A stretch of DNA of 48,316 bases from Dehalococcoidia bacterium (GCA_015661155.1 JACVQK010000020.1:1-48316); one strand, 5' to 3'; counted from the stretch's first letter, positions 1 to 10,824 are shown. Notes: generated by a model not told the origin, from the letters alone. Made by a program: numbers and translations.

Positions 1-75
1 CCAGATGCGCGTGTCTCGGGAGGCCAGTATTTCATCTCTGACGCGCTCGATTGTCTTCCTACACTCCGGTACCAT
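1..75 (-). CDS. 5' end of hypothetical protein (runs off window)
   Basis: ATG at 75 preceded by GAAAGGGA; reads MVPECRKTIERVRDEILASRDTRIW, which is not LeuD-like. Confidence 0.45.
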   Translation of the reverse strand, partial: MVPECRKTIERVRDEILASRDTRIW

Positions 76-99
76 GGCGTAATCCCTTTCTGCCCCCAA

Positions 100-1500
100 C
101 TACTCCCACTCCCGTATATCCACAAAATGGCCGGCGATGGCGGCGGCCGCGGCCATGGGGGGGCTGACCAGGTGCGTCCGGCCCCCGGGGCCCTGGCGGC
201 CCTCGAAGTTGCGGTTGGAGGTGGAGGCGCACCGCGCACCCGGCTTCAGGATGTCGGGGTTCATGCCCAGGCACATGGAGCAGCCCGCCTCCCGCCAGTC
301 CAGGCCCGCGTCCTTGAAGATTCGGTCCAGGCCCTCCGCCTCCGCCTGCCTCTTCACCGCGAAGGAACCCGGCACCACCATGGCGTAGACCCCGTCGCGC
401 ACCCTGCGACCCTTGACCACGGCCGCGGCGGCCCGCAGGTCCTCGATGCGGGAGTTGGTGCAGGAGCCGATGAACACGTTATCTATCCGAATCTCCTGCA
501 CGGGCGTGCCGGGCTCCAGGCCCATGTACTCCAGGGCACGCTGGGCGGCGGAGCGCTGGGTGGGGGAGGCAAAGGAGGCGGGGTCGGGAACGCGGCCTGT
601 AACGGGCACCACCATGCCGGGGTTGGTGCCCCAGGTTACAAAGGGCGAAAGGGCGGTGGCATCGACCTCCACCACGCGGTCGAAGGTGGCGTCGGGGTCG
701 GTGGCCAGGGCTTTCCAGAAGCCCACCGCGGCCTCGAAGGCGTCGCCCCGGGGCCCATGAGAGCGGCCTCGCATGTACTGGAAGGTGGTCTCGTCCGGGG
801 AGATCATGCCGGCCCGCCCGCCGGCCTCGATGGACATGTTGCACACCGTCATGCGGCCCTCCATGGAGAGGGAGCGTATGGCCTGGCCGGTGTACTCGAT
901 GACGTGGCCGTTGGCGCCGTCAACCCCTATCTGCCCTATGATGCCCAGGATCAGGTCTTTGGCGGTGACTCCCGCGGGCAACGCTCCGTTCACCCGAATC
1001 TCCAGGGTCTTGGGCCTGGACTGGAGCAGACACTGGGTGGCCAGCACGTGCTCCACCTCTGAGGTGCCGATGGGCAGGGCCAATGCCCCGAAAGCGCCGT
1101 GGGTGGCGGTGTGGCTATCGCCGCAGACGATGGTCTTGCCCGGCTGGGTGTACCCCTGCTCCGGGCCGATGACGTGGACGATGCCCTGGCCGGGGCTGCG
1201 GATGTCGTGCAAATCGATGCCGAACTCCTGGCAGTTACGGGCAAGAGCCTGCATCTGGATCAGGGATATCTCATCGGTGATGGGCAGGGCGCGGCTCCAG
1301 GTGGGGACGTTATGGTCCATGGTGGCCACGGTCAGGTCGGGGCGGCGCACGCGGCGGCCCGCCATGCGGAGGCCGTCGAAGGCCTGGGGAGAGGTGACCT
1401 CGTGCACCAGATGCAGGTCAACGTAGAGGATGGCGGGCTTTCCCGGCTCTTCCTGGACGACGTGGGCGTCCCATATCTTCTCGAACATGGTCCTGGGCAT
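100..1500 (-). CDS. leuC: 3-isopropylmalate dehydratase large subunit
   Basis: [39 protein letters not shown] and [12 protein letters not shown] motifs; AAGGAG RBS before ATG 1500. Confidence 0.97.
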   Translation of the reverse strand: MPRTMFEKIWDAHVVQEEPGKPAILYVDLHLVHEVTSPQAFDGLRMAGRRVRRPDLTVATMDHNVPTWSRALPITDEISLIQMQALARNCQEFGIDLHDIRSPGQGIVHVIGPEQGYTQPGKTIVCGDSHTATHGAFGALALPIGTSEVEHVLATQCLLQSRPKTLEIRVNGALPAGVTAKDLILGIIGQIGVDGANGHVIEYTGQAIRSLSMEGRMTVCNMSIEAGGRAGMISPDETTFQYMRGRSHGPRGDAFEAAVGFWKALATDPDATFDRVVEVDATALSPFVTWGTNPGMVVPVTGRVPDPASFASPTQRSAAQRALEYMGLEPGTPVQEIRIDNVFIGSCTNSRIEDLRAAAAVVKGRRVRDGVYAMVVPGSFAVKRQAEAEGLDRIFKDAGLDWREAGCSMCLGMNPDILKPGARCASTSNRNFEGRQGPGGRTHLVSPPMAAAAAIAGHFVDIREWE

Positions 1501-1527
1501 GGTGTTGCTCCTTTCCACTGCACCCCG

Positions 1528-1674
1528 CTAGAAGCTGTTCGGAAAACCCTCACCCCCTGTGTCCCCCTCTCCCTTGCCAAGGGAGAGGGGGAGGAAAAGG
1601 AATCTGGGGGACACCCCCAGACCCCCGCCAAAGGGGATCCGCCCCTCTGGACTCCCCTTTTCAGCACCCTGCTA
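1528..1674. mobile_element. MITE/REP-like element, family A
   Basis: Ends CTAG-AAGCTGTTCGGAAAA and TTTTCAGCACCCTG-CTA; internal hairpins CTGGGGGACACCCCCAG and AGGGGATCCGCCCCT; right end abuts leuA stop. Confidence 0.75.
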
Positions 1675-3222
1675 CGTCGCGGAGCCGGCTGCTTTGGACT
1701 CGGGCACTCCCTCAATGGCCATCAGCTTGTTCAGGGCGTTGATGTAAGCCTTGGCGCTGGCGACGAGGATGTCGGTGGAGGAGCCACGGCCGGTGTACAC
1801 CCTGCCCCCCTTCTGGATTCGGATGGTGACATCGCCTATGGCATCGGTGCCCTCGGTGATGGAGCCTATGGTGAACTCCTTGAGGGTGTTGGGCACCTGG
1901 ATGATGCGGTTGATGGCCACATACACGGCGTCCACGGGGCCGGTGCCGGTGGCAGCGTCGGTCAGGACGCGGCCCTGGGGATCGATGAGACGCACCGTGG
2001 CCGTGGGAATCTCGTGGTCGCCGCAGGAGACCTGGACATGCTCCAGGCGGTACATCTCCACCTGGGTCCGGCGACGGTCGCTCATGAGGGCCTCCAGGTC
2101 GCGATCGGTGACCTCCCGCTTCTTGTCCGCCAGCGCCTTGAAAGCCTCGAAGGCCTGGCTCATCTCCTCCGGCGTGAGCCGGTATCCCAGCTCCTCCAGC
2201 CTGGAACCGAGGCCGGCCCGTCCGCTCAGCTTGCCCAGCACCAGGGCGCTCGAGGGAATCCCTATGGAGTGGGGGTCCATGATCTCGAAGGTGGTGCGCT
2301 CCTTGAGGACGCCGTCCTGGTGAATGCCCGAGGCGTGGCGGAAGGCGTTCTGGCCCACAATGGCCTTGTTGGGCTGCACCGGAAAGCCGGTGATGTCGCT
2401 CACCAGGCGGCTGGTGCGGTAGAGCTGGGTGGTATCCACGCCCACGGCAACCCCGAAGAAGTCCCTCCGGGTAATTAGCCCCATGACCACCTCCTCCAGG
2501 GAGGCGTTTCCGGCCCTCTCGCCTATGCCGTTGATGCATCCCTCCACCTGCCTGGCTCCCACCCTGACGGCGGCGAGGCTGTTGGACACCGCGAGGCCCA
2601 GGTCGTTGTGGCAATGAACCGAGAGGACGGCACGGTCAATGTTGGGGACGTTCTCCTTGATGCCGACCAGCAGCCTGGCGAACTCCTCGGGGATGGCGTA
2701 GCCGACGGTGTCGGGGATGTTCACCGTGGTGGCCCCGGCTTTGATGGTGGCCTCCAGGAGGGCGTAAAGGTACTCGGGCTCAGTGCGAGTGGCGTCCATG
2801 GGGGAGAACTCCACGTCCTGGCAGTGCTTCTTGGCCCGCTCCACGGCGGCCACGGCCATGGCCATTATCTCCTCCCGGTTCTTGCGCAGCTGGTGCATGA
2901 TGTGGATGTCGGAGCTGGAGAGGAAGACGTGGATGCGGGGATGCCTCGCCTCTTTGAGCGCCTCGGCGGCGCGATCCACGGCATCGAGGGTAGCATGGGA
3001 CAGGGCGGCGATGATGGGGGCCCTCACCTCCCGAGCGATGGTCTGCACCGCCTGGAAGTCGCCCGGCGAGCTGGCGGGGAACCCCGCCTCGATGACGTCA
3101 ACCCGCAGGCGCTCCAGCTGGCGGGCGATCTCCAGTTTCTCCTCCAGGGCCATGGTGGCCCCGGCGGCCTGCTCGCCGTCCCGCAGCGTGGTGTCGAATA
3201 TGATGACCTTGTCTTCAGGCAT
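1672..3222 (-). CDS. leuA: 2-isopropylmalate synthase
   Basis: DTTLRDGEQ, HCHNDLG, GERAGNA, HQDG motifs plus C-terminal regulatory domain; AAGGAG RBS before ATG 3222. Confidence 0.97.
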   Translation of the reverse strand: MPEDKVIIFDTTLRDGEQAAGATMALEEKLEIARQLERLRVDVIEAGFPASSPGDFQAVQTIAREVRAPIIAALSHATLDAVDRAAEALKEARHPRIHVFLSSSDIHIMHQLRKNREEIMAMAVAAVERAKKHCQDVEFSPMDATRTEPEYLYALLEATIKAGATTVNIPDTVGYAIPEEFARLLVGIKENVPNIDRAVLSVHCHNDLGLAVSNSLAAVRVGARQVEGCINGIGERAGNASLEEVVMGLITRRDFFGVAVGVDTTQLYRTSRLVSDITGFPVQPNKAIVGQNAFRHASGIHQDGVLKERTTFEIMDPHSIGIPSSALVLGKLSGRAGLGSRLEELGYRLTPEEMSQAFEAFKALADKKREVTDRDLEALMSDRRRTQVEMYRLEHVQVSCGDHEIPTATVRLIDPQGRVLTDAATGTGPVDAVYVAINRIIQVPNTLKEFTIGSITEGTDAIGDVTIRIQKGGRVYTGRGSSTDILVASAKAYINALNKLMAIEGVPESKAAGSAT

Positions 3223-3234
3223 CTTGAAATCTCC

Positions 3235-3470
3235 TTTTGTCTCTTCCCAGAACGGCCAGGTCTTGGCTGCCGGCTCTGGGTAACCCTTGCACATTCAGCC
3301 CTATGATCGGCCACCGTTGGCTTTCATAGGGAAACGATGGAGGGGATATCTGGGAGAGACTAAAGGGCAACGCAGTCCGCCGGAACGACCCTTGCCAAGA
3401 GCCGTCCCTGATGGCGGACTACGTCTGTTACCTCTGGGGAGACCGTCTTGTTATCCATGAATGGAGCCAT
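3235..3470 (-). promoter_or_regulatory. Structured 5' leader of leuA, downstream of an extended -10 (TGATACAAT)
   Basis: Three stem-loops whose mismatches are G-U pairs on the minus (mRNA) strand. Confidence 0.5.
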
Positions 3471-3480
3471 TGTATCAAAC

Positions 3481-3506
3481 TACGCCTGTTTCAGGAAGCC
3501 CATCAT
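3481..3506. repeat. 26-bp direct repeat of the ilvC 3' end (second copy)
   Basis: TACGCCTGTTTCAGGAAGCCCATCAT identical to 4169-4194. Confidence 0.95.
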
Positions 3507-3512
3507 TGGTTT

Positions 3513-3591
3513 CACCCCCTCTCCAACTCTCCCCCTCGAGGGGGAGAGGGCTATCCCTTCCCCCTGCAAGGGGGAAGGGCAGGATGGGGGT
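3513..3591. repeat. REP-like double hairpin
   Basis: CTCTCCCCCTCGAGGGGGAGAG and CCCTTCCCCCTGCAAGGGGGAAGGG palindromes. Confidence 0.7.
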
Positions 3592-3643
3592 ACAAGCGCA
3601 TGAGGCCGCCTCCGATGGATAATTGAAAGACCCTGATGAGGAC

Positions 3644-4147
3644 TACAGAGACCCAAAGAAGCCTTCATCCACTTGGCCTGAAAAGCCACTCTCCTGCCCT
3701 CCCTGTAGCGCGTACTTCTGAGAAGCCCTTGGCCTTCAAGAATTCGCCGAGCAGCTTGTCGAATTGTGAAGGATTTAGAGCTAGTATACGCGTGAGTAAC
3801 TGCTGAGTTATATCCGGCTCGCCTATCTCTTTTGAAGGCTGGTAGGAGTCGTGCTTCGTGACATCCTTTGGGTTTGGCACGACGATCGGTGGTTCTCCTC
3901 GCGATTCTCGAAACTCATTTGCCTTTCGTACGTAACGTCTAATACTAGTCTGGCCACTTCTTGTGGCACCGTCAGGCCAACTTACTTCTATGAACTTCTT
4001 GAGAATGCCGGCTCCTGCGAAAAGTCCTACTGTTTCGCCTCTTCTGGCCACAGGTGTTATTGGTAAGTTCTGTATGGTATTAATCTCCTTCCGGAGGTCG
4101 TGGTTGTTTCCGAACTCGTAGGCCAATTTTAGGGGAAGTACTTTCAT
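3644..4147 (-). pseudogene. Mrr-like restriction endonuclease, internally deleted
   Basis: AT-richer than flanks; LNPSQFDKLLGEFLKAKGFSEVRATGRAG breaks where DGGID is expected; VAFQAK and DEGFFGSL* remnants in other frames. Confidence 0.65.
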
Positions 4148-4167
4148 TTAAGCCACCCTCGTCTTTC

Positions 4168-5163
4168 TTACGCCTGTTTCAGGAAGCCCATCATGCCCCG
4201 GAGGGTCTTGCCCACCTCCTCGATGGGATGCTCCGCCTCCTGCTGGCGGAGGGCGTTGAAGCGGGGTCTGCCAGCCTTGTTCTCGGCGATCCACTCCCGG
4301 GCAAAGGAGCCGTTCTGTATCTCCTCCAGGATGCGCTTCATGTTCTGCCTCACGTGGTCGTCGATGACCCGGGGGCCGCGGCTGTAGTCGCCGTACTCGG
4401 CGGTGTCGCTTATTGAGTAGCGCATGTAGCCCAGGCCGCCCTGATAGATGAGGTCCACGATGAGCTTGAGCTCATGGCAGCATTCGAAGTAGGCCGATTC
4501 CGGCTGATAGCCCGCCTCCACCAGGGTCTCGAAACCCGCCTTTATGAGGGCCGTGACCCCTCCGCACAGCACGGTCTGCTCCCCGAAGAGGTCGGTCTCC
4601 GTCTCCTCCTTGAAGGTGGTATCCAGCACCCCGGCACGGGTGCAGCCGACGCCCCTGGCGTAGGCCAGGGCGTTCTCCCTGGCCTTGCCTGATGAGTCTT
4701 GGTGTATCGCCAGGAGGCCGGGAACCCCTGATCCCTGGACGAAAATCTCCCGCATCCGGTGTCCCGGGGCCTTGGGGGCCACCATGGACACGTCCACATC
4801 AGGCGGTGGCACGATCTGCTGGTAGTGGATGTTGAAGCCGTGGGCGAACATGAGGGTCTTGCCCCTCTTCATATACGGCTGGATGGAGTCGCGGTAGACC
4901 TGGGACTGGATGTGGTCCGGCACCAGCATCATGATGACGTCCGCCTGCTGGGCCACCTCCGCCACCGTAGCCACCCTCAGACCTGCCACCTCCGCCTTCG
5001 GCCAGCTTGCGCTGCCCTGGTACAGCCCCACCACTACGTTGACCCCGTTGTCCTTGAGGTTGAGGGCGTGGGCATGGCCCTGGCTGCCGTACCCGATGAT
5101 CCCGATGGTCTTACCCTTCAGCAGGGAGAGGTTTGCGTCCTTTTCGTAGTAGACATTGGCCAT
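4168..5163 (-). CDS. ilvC: Ketol-acid reductoisomerase
   Basis: [42 protein letters not shown]; AAGGAGG RBS before ATG 5163. Confidence 0.97.
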   Translation of the reverse strand: MANVYYEKDANLSLLKGKTIGIIGYGSQGHAHALNLKDNGVNVVVGLYQGSASWPKAEVAGLRVATVAEVAQQADVIMMLVPDHIQSQVYRDSIQPYMKRGKTLMFAHGFNIHYQQIVPPPDVDVSMVAPKAPGHRMREIFVQGSGVPGLLAIHQDSSGKARENALAYARGVGCTRAGVLDTTFKEETETDLFGEQTVLCGGVTALIKAGFETLVEAGYQPESAYFECCHELKLIVDLIYQGGLGYMRYSISDTAEYGDYSRGPRVIDDHVRQNMKRILEEIQNGSFAREWIAENKAGRPRFNALRQQEAEHPIEEVGKTLRGMMGFLKQA

Positions 5164-5254
5164 GGCCAGTCGCCTCCTTTGTAGTGTTGCTAACAGGGGT
5201 ACAGTGTACACCGCCCATGGTGGGCCTGTCGAACCTCTCGTCGCAGCTTCCTCA

Positions 5255-5599
5255 TCAGTCCGCAGGGACAATCCCAAGGCCAATGGCGATGACAATCATG
5301 ACCAGCAGCAGCACAAGCCATGCAACGGTAGACGCCACCAATAGTGAAGCCTCGCGTATACGCTGCCTCAGGGCGAGTATGGCCGGGTAGCCGAGAACCA
5401 GGGCTCCACTGACGCACGCCGAGATGATGAAGAGCAGCAGAATGCCCACCGCCTGCATGGATGAATTCGTTTGCTCGTTCTCAGGGGGCAACCCAGCAAT
5501 ACGGTCGAGATTGTTTATGAAGAGCACGACCAGGATGACATAGAGAAAGACCCCCATGGCCTGGGCCAACCCCAGTAGAACGATCCTTTTTCTGCTCAT
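5255..5599 (-). CDS. Small membrane protein (about 3 TM)
   Basis: Hydrophobic segments; AAGGAGAG RBS. Confidence 0.75.
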   Translation of the reverse strand: MSRKRIVLLGLAQAMGVFLYVILVVLFINNLDRIAGLPPENEQTNSSMQAVGILLLFIISACVSGALVLGYPAILALRQRIREASLLVASTVAWLVLLLVMIVIAIGLGIVPAD

Positions 5600-5840
5600 G
5601 TCTCTCCTTGATCACCCTCTGAGGTGTTGTCTATGCCAGGCAGGGCGATGAGACGACGGTGTTCCTTGGCTGAGATTGCCCACAGTCTACTCCCCATCGG
5701 TCTGGTCGTGCAACCAAAGCACATCAAAGGCCGAAGGACCAGGACTGTAGCAACCATCTTCTTGGAGACCACCTCATCTTGCGTCGGGAAGGCGTGCGAC
5801 GTATACTAGCGGCGCAACGGTGAACAGAAGGAGGAGCGCT

Positions 5841-8228
5841 ATGACCACGAATCCCCCCCTCGCCCTGAGTCAGTTCCGAGTCCTCGACCTTACCCAATCC
5901 CACGGCCAATACGCCTCCCGCCTGCTGGCTGACCTCGGGGCCGACGTCATCAAGGTGGAGCCGCCGGAGGGTGGCCCAGATCGCTGGGCGTGGCCTTTTG
6001 CAGGTGACGTCCCTGACAGGGAGCGCAGCCTCTCCTTCCTGCACTTCAACACCAACAAGCGCAGCGTCGTCCTGGACCTGACGACGGCCAATGGACGGAA
6101 AGCCTTCCTCAAGCTGGCCGCCGCCGCCGATGCCGTCGTGGAAGACCTTCCGCCTGGGTACCTGGCGAAGCTGCGGCTCGGCTACCACGACCTGCGAAAG
6201 GTCAACCCGGGTATCGTCATGACGTCTATCACACCCTTTGGGCAGAGCGGGCCTCGCTCCTACTATGAGGGAACCGACCTGGTGATCCAGGCCATGTCGG
6301 GCTGGATGACCACCGACGGTGATAATGAGTTCCCGCCGTGCGCCGCTCCCGGAGACCCGACGGTTCACCTTGCGGGAATGCACGGCGCCATGGGCACGCT
6401 CCTCGCGCTTTGGGCCCGTGGGGAGCACGGGCGTGGACAACACGTAGACACCTCGCTCTACGAGGTCATGGTGACGTCCCTCTCCTCCATGCCCATCTCT
6501 CGCTACTCGCTTTCCGGGGAGATCGTACGGCGGCCTGGGCGGCGGGTGAACACCGCAGCCGTCAACTACTATCCGTGTAAAGACGGCTATGTCGCCATGA
6601 ACATCCACTTCGACCACCTGTGGGAACGCCTCGTCAAGTGGGTCAATCACCCCGTCCTCAACGAGCCCTACTGGCTGGCACGGGGAGCCCGGCAGCAGAA
6701 TGCGGACCTCGTTGAGGAGATCCTCCAGGAGTTCAGCTCAAACATGACAGCGGAGGAGTTCTTGAAAGGTGCCCTGGCCCTGGGCCTCCCCGTTGCCAGG
6801 GTGAACACCTTCTCGGAGGCATTGGAGGTGCCCCAGCTCAAGGCCCGCCATTGGCTCCAGGAGGTCCACCACCCGGTCCTGGGGCGGATTTCCGTCCCAG
6901 GCCTCCCCTGGCTTCTGCGAGGAACCCCCCCTCGGGTGCGACGATCTGCCCCACTCCTTGGAGAGCATACCGAGGAGATCCTCCGCGAGGCAGCCGCCAC
7001 GGCGGTGCAGCGAGGAGCTTCGACGAACAGACCAAAGCAGGTTCCACCTCGGACGCCCCTGGAAGGCATCCGGGTGGTCGATCTCACGCGGGCTTTCGCC
7101 GGCCCCTTCGCCTCGCGGCTCCTGGCCGACTACGGGGCTGAGGTCATCAAGGTGGAGTCCGACCTCTTCGACACCCAACGAGAGGGCCGCGCCGGGACCT
7201 TCACGGAGCTGAATCGGAACAAGCTGAGCATTACCCTGGACCTCCACCATCCCGATGGGCAGGCCTTGCTCAAGAAGTTGGTGGCCGTCAGCGACGTGCT
7301 GATAGACAACTACAGGCCAGGCACGCTGGAGCGCTTCGGCCTGGCGTACGACGACCTGAAGGAGATCAACCCGCGGATCATCGTCGTGAGCATGCCAGCC
7401 TATGGGAGCACGGGGCCCGCCGCAGGGCACGCCGCCCATGGGACCCAGCTCATCGCCAACGCTGGGATTACCCATCTTTGGGGCCACCCCGAGTCGCCCA
7501 TGCAGGCACGATCGAAGTCAACGTACCCAGACCTCGTCGCTGGTGCCCAAGCAGCCCTGGCAACCCTGGCAGGGCTCCATGGGCGTAAGGGCACGGGAGC
7601 CGGGCAGTCCATTGAAGTGGCCCAGTCCGAGGTCCTCCTCAGCACCCTGGGCGTCGGACTCCTGGATTACCTGGTGAACGGGCGGGTATGGCAACCCACG
7701 GGTAACAGGCGCGCCTTCGCGGCCCCCCACGACCTCTACCCATGTCGCGGTCTCGACGCCCACTGTGCCATCGCCTGCGTGACGGAGGAGCAGTGGCGCT
7801 CCCTCTGCCAAGTCATGGCGCGCCCTGATCTCGCGGAGGACGCTCGTTTCGCCACCCTCCAGGATCGGGTGACAAACGTCGAGGAGCTGGACCAGATCAT
7901 CGCCACCTGGACGCGAGACCTCACCCCCTCCCAGGTTGCGTATCTGCTGCAAAGGGCGCGGGTCCCCGCCGGCGCCGTGCAGACAGGAGAGGATATCTAC
8001 TACGATTGGCATCTCAGAGAGCGCGGCTATGTGGCTCGCGTGGACGACCCTGAAACAGGGGACACGGAGATATCAGGGCTAACCGCTCACCTCTCCGAAA
8101 CGCCAGGGCGGCAGCAGATGCAAGGGCGACCGACCCTGGGTGGCGCCAATGACTACGTCTTCCACCAGATCCTCGGGCTGTCCCAGGAGGAGCGCCAGCG
8201 CCTGGAAGCCGAGAAGGCCATCGCCTGA
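5841..8228 (+). CDS. Class III CoA-transferase (CaiB/BaiF), tandem two-domain fusion
   Basis: Two copies of RVLDL...LLADxGAxVIKVE...N(T/R)NK; AGGAGGAG RBS before ATG 5841. Confidence 0.9.
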   Translation: MTTNPPLALSQFRVLDLTQSHGQYASRLLADLGADVIKVEPPEGGPDRWAWPFAGDVPDRERSLSFLHFNTNKRSVVLDLTTANGRKAFLKLAAAADAVVEDLPPGYLAKLRLGYHDLRKVNPGIVMTSITPFGQSGPRSYYEGTDLVIQAMSGWMTTDGDNEFPPCAAPGDPTVHLAGMHGAMGTLLALWARGEHGRGQHVDTSLYEVMVTSLSSMPISRYSLSGEIVRRPGRRVNTAAVNYYPCKDGYVAMNIHFDHLWERLVKWVNHPVLNEPYWLARGARQQNADLVEEILQEFSSNMTAEEFLKGALALGLPVARVNTFSEALEVPQLKARHWLQEVHHPVLGRISVPGLPWLLRGTPPRVRRSAPLLGEHTEEILREAAATAVQRGASTNRPKQVPPRTPLEGIRVVDLTRAFAGPFASRLLADYGAEVIKVESDLFDTQREGRAGTFTELNRNKLSITLDLHHPDGQALLKKLVAVSDVLIDNYRPGTLERFGLAYDDLKEINPRIIVVSMPAYGSTGPAAGHAAHGTQLIANAGITHLWGHPESPMQARSKSTYPDLVAGAQAALATLAGLHGRKGTGAGQSIEVAQSEVLLSTLGVGLLDYLVNGRVWQPTGNRRAFAAPHDLYPCRGLDAHCAIACVTEEQWRSLCQVMARPDLAEDARFATLQDRVTNVEELDQIIATWTRDLTPSQVAYLLQRARVPAGAVQTGEDIYYDWHLRERGYVARVDDPETGDTEISGLTAHLSETPGRQQMQGRPTLGGANDYVFHQILGLSQEERQRLEAEKAIA

Positions 8229-8515
8229 GTTTCACCCCGTCAATGGCTATCCCGTGAGCGCGCAGAGAGGGCCTTCCCGCAACAGAGGACCCAACGGCTT
8301 GCTGGGTGGCCCTTTGGATAGCTGAGGAGGAGAACCAGGCCGACCCGAACGCCGTGGGCAGAGCGATGCTCATCAAGGTGTACGGGAGGACGGTGAGCGG
8401 GTGGTGTTGAACCGCTCTCCCTTCCCAAACACCTCGTCTTACATCTCGCGGCCCATTCCTCAGAGGCGTGCCCTCTTGCCAGCGACCCATCCTCCCACTG
8501 ACAAGCCGGCAGCAA

Positions 8516-8557
8516 AAGGCCCCTCCCCGGCGGACGAACCGCAGAGCGAGGGGCCTT
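8516..8557. terminator. Probable intrinsic terminator between convergent genes
   Basis: AAGGCCCCTC...GAGGGGCCTT inverted repeat with A/T flanks. Confidence 0.5.
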
Positions 8558-8577
8558 CTTCTATCGCTGATGCCGGG

Positions 8578-10266
8578 CTATTTGGCCAGCCACGTCCTCT
8601 CGAAGACGGAGAGGGTCATCATCGCAGGGGTCGCTTTCAAGACGTATCCCTTCAGATTCGGTGTGGTGCCATTGAAGATCAGTATCCACCCCAGGGAGAG
8701 CTCGTTCAGCATCTCCTGGGTCAGCTTCTTGTCTATGGCCCGGACCATCTCTGCACGCTTCACCTGGTTCATCTCGCCGATCTCCCCCTCCATCATCGCC
8801 TGTATCTCCGTCTGCAAGGCGGGCTCGGCCGCCGTCATTCCCTCCAACATGCATTTGTTGCTGGAGCTCAGTGGATAGAGCCAGCTGTATCTGACGAGCC
8901 GGTCATCCGGGTCCCCGTCCGAGGCTTGCAGATTGACCCCCTGTACATTGAAGTTGCACGCATCTATGTAGGTCGTTTGCACCGGAATCTCAAGGGGCTG
9001 CATGGTTATCTCGATGCCCAGCTTCTTCTTCACCTGGTCCTTGAAGAAGAGACAGTAGTTCATGAAGTTCTGGGTATTCCTCGATATGCAGGTGGTGTCG
9101 AACCGCTTCCCCTTCCCGAACACCTCGTCCAGCAGCCGGTTCGCCTCCACGACGTCCTGGTCCTTGGGCTGCCGGTAGCCAGGCCACGTCTTCAACTCCT
9201 CCTCCGGAGTGCCCCACCAGAAGGAAGGATAAGGCCCGTTGTAGCCCGTCAGCAACGCCCCAGAGCGACTCCCGTACATCTGGAACAGCTGCCAGTCGTT
9301 CCGGTCCAGGGCCAGGTGAAAAGCCTGCCTCACCCGACGGTCATTGAAGGGGGCCCGGTTCAAGTTGAACCTTATTCCCGAGCCCCAGTTGTGCAAGCCC
9401 ATGTGGACCACTATCCGGTCAGGGAAGTCCCGCTCCGCTTGCGCCACCTGCCCGGGCAGCAGAGCGGAGCTGGCACCGCCCAGCCAGTGGATCTGTCCTG
9501 TGGCCAGGGCCGTGAACCGGGTTGTGAAATCCTTGAGGATGTACGACTCGATGCCGTCCAGCAGGGGCAGTCCCTCCCGGAAGTAGGTGGGGTTCCGCCG
9601 GCTCTTTGTTACGATGTCTGTCTGGAACTCCTCGGGCACAAATGCCCCCGTGCCTGCATGAAACTTGAAGCTCGCGGGTGTTGCCAACCCCATCTCATCG
9701 AAGTGGTTGGCAACGTACCAGTCTATCCACCCCTTGTCCAGCATGGGCATAAGGAAGAATACCCCCAGGGTCCTGGCCAGCACCTGGTTCAGGTTTATCA
9801 CCGCGGTATACCCCTTGGCTCCATCGGGGCAGGAGACGCCGGTGACGTGCTGCAGAGTGGCTCTCGGGACGCGCTTCGGCTCCGGCGGGCGCACATCGTA
9901 CTCAACGTCCTCCAGCTTGAAGGTCAGGCTCAGGCCGTCGCTGGAGAACTCCCAGCTCTTGGCCAGGTCACCGATTAGTGAGTTCGTCGCTGCCCACGGG
10001 TCATACCGTACCAGGGCGTTGTAGAGAGGGGGAACCATGGTTTCGTTTCCGGAGCTAGTAGTAATCGGCCGATGGGCGGTTAGGGGGTTCGGAATCCCCG
10101 TCTTCATTGTCCCGCCCCGCTTGGGCTCTCCCCACGCCGGATCGTACCCCGGGAGCTGGGTGAGGGTGGCGGCAGACTGCCTGGGCGTGGCCGTGGGCGC
10201 TGCCGTGGCCGTGACGGTGGGCACCGTGATCGCGAGTATCGGCCTCACCTTCAGCAGATAGCCCAC
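8578..10266 (-). CDS. ABC transporter substrate-binding protein, family 5 (possibly degenerate)
   Basis: GEPKRGGT, GDLAKSWEFSSDG, RNPTYF..GLPLLD, PFNDRRVRQA; no clear signal peptide; VKFHDG segment missing. Confidence 0.75.
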   Translation of the reverse strand: MGYLLKVRPILAITVPTVTATAAPTATPRQSAATLTQLPGYDPAWGEPKRGGTMKTGIPNPLTAHRPITTSSGNETMVPPLYNALVRYDPWAATNSLIGDLAKSWEFSSDGLSLTFKLEDVEYDVRPPEPKRVPRATLQHVTGVSCPDGAKGYTAVINLNQVLARTLGVFFLMPMLDKGWIDWYVANHFDEMGLATPASFKFHAGTGAFVPEEFQTDIVTKSRRNPTYFREGLPLLDGIESYILKDFTTRFTALATGQIHWLGGASSALLPGQVAQAERDFPDRIVVHMGLHNWGSGIRFNLNRAPFNDRRVRQAFHLALDRNDWQLFQMYGSRSGALLTGYNGPYPSFWWGTPEEELKTWPGYRQPKDQDVVEANRLLDEVFGKGKRFDTTCISRNTQNFMNYCLFFKDQVKKKLGIEITMQPLEIPVQTTYIDACNFNVQGVNLQASDGDPDDRLVRYSWLYPLSSSNKCMLEGMTAAEPALQTEIQAMMEGEIGEMNQVKRAEMVRAIDKKLTQEMLNELSLGWILIFNGTTPNLKGYVLKATPAMMTLSVFERTWLAK

Positions 10267-10824
10267 GTTCTCACCTCCCTGATGGATTTACGGAAAGGGT
10301 AGCATGGCACCTGGCGACTGTCAATGCATCCGATGGCATAGAGTAGGTGTCACCGAGGGGGGTGTCGTTGCCTCAGAACCCATGCTACCGGGACGTGACA
10401 TAACACAAGGCAGCGTGGAGGAGCAGGCAGTATGACCACATCCCACCCCGCTGCCCGACTTCTTCAGGCCCTTCCGACGAGGCTCCTCATCACCCGTACC
10501 TGGAGATACGGCCTTGACCAGGCAAGCTCAACCCAGAATCCCCACTCCGGTCAGTCCAGTCAGGCATGGTCCGACCGGGTGAGAAGAGCATACCCTCGCC
10601 TCAGAAGGCTGGTCAACCAACGTTTCCATGGCCCGTACCGCTATTGACTGTGCTAGAATCCAGAGACCACCCGTAGGTATGAGGCGAGGCCACCCAGTGA
10701 GTTCGAGAGGCGTTTTCCTGCGTTCCCTCCCCTGTTTCGCAGGGCTGAGGGATGAAGAGACCCAGCGACGGGAGAGGGAGTCGCTGGAGCGCTCTTTCGA
10801 CAAGGGCGGGACCCTTTTCCTGCC

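Noticed and set aside
3235-3470. T-box or classical Leu attenuator upstream of leuA
   Set aside because: No T-box consensus, no Leu-codon run, no U-tailed terminator
10432-10647. 71-aa ORF with a good RBS, and nearby hairpin CCAGCGAC/GTCGCTGG
   Set aside because: No recognisable protein features; a single hairpin is not enough to call an RNA element
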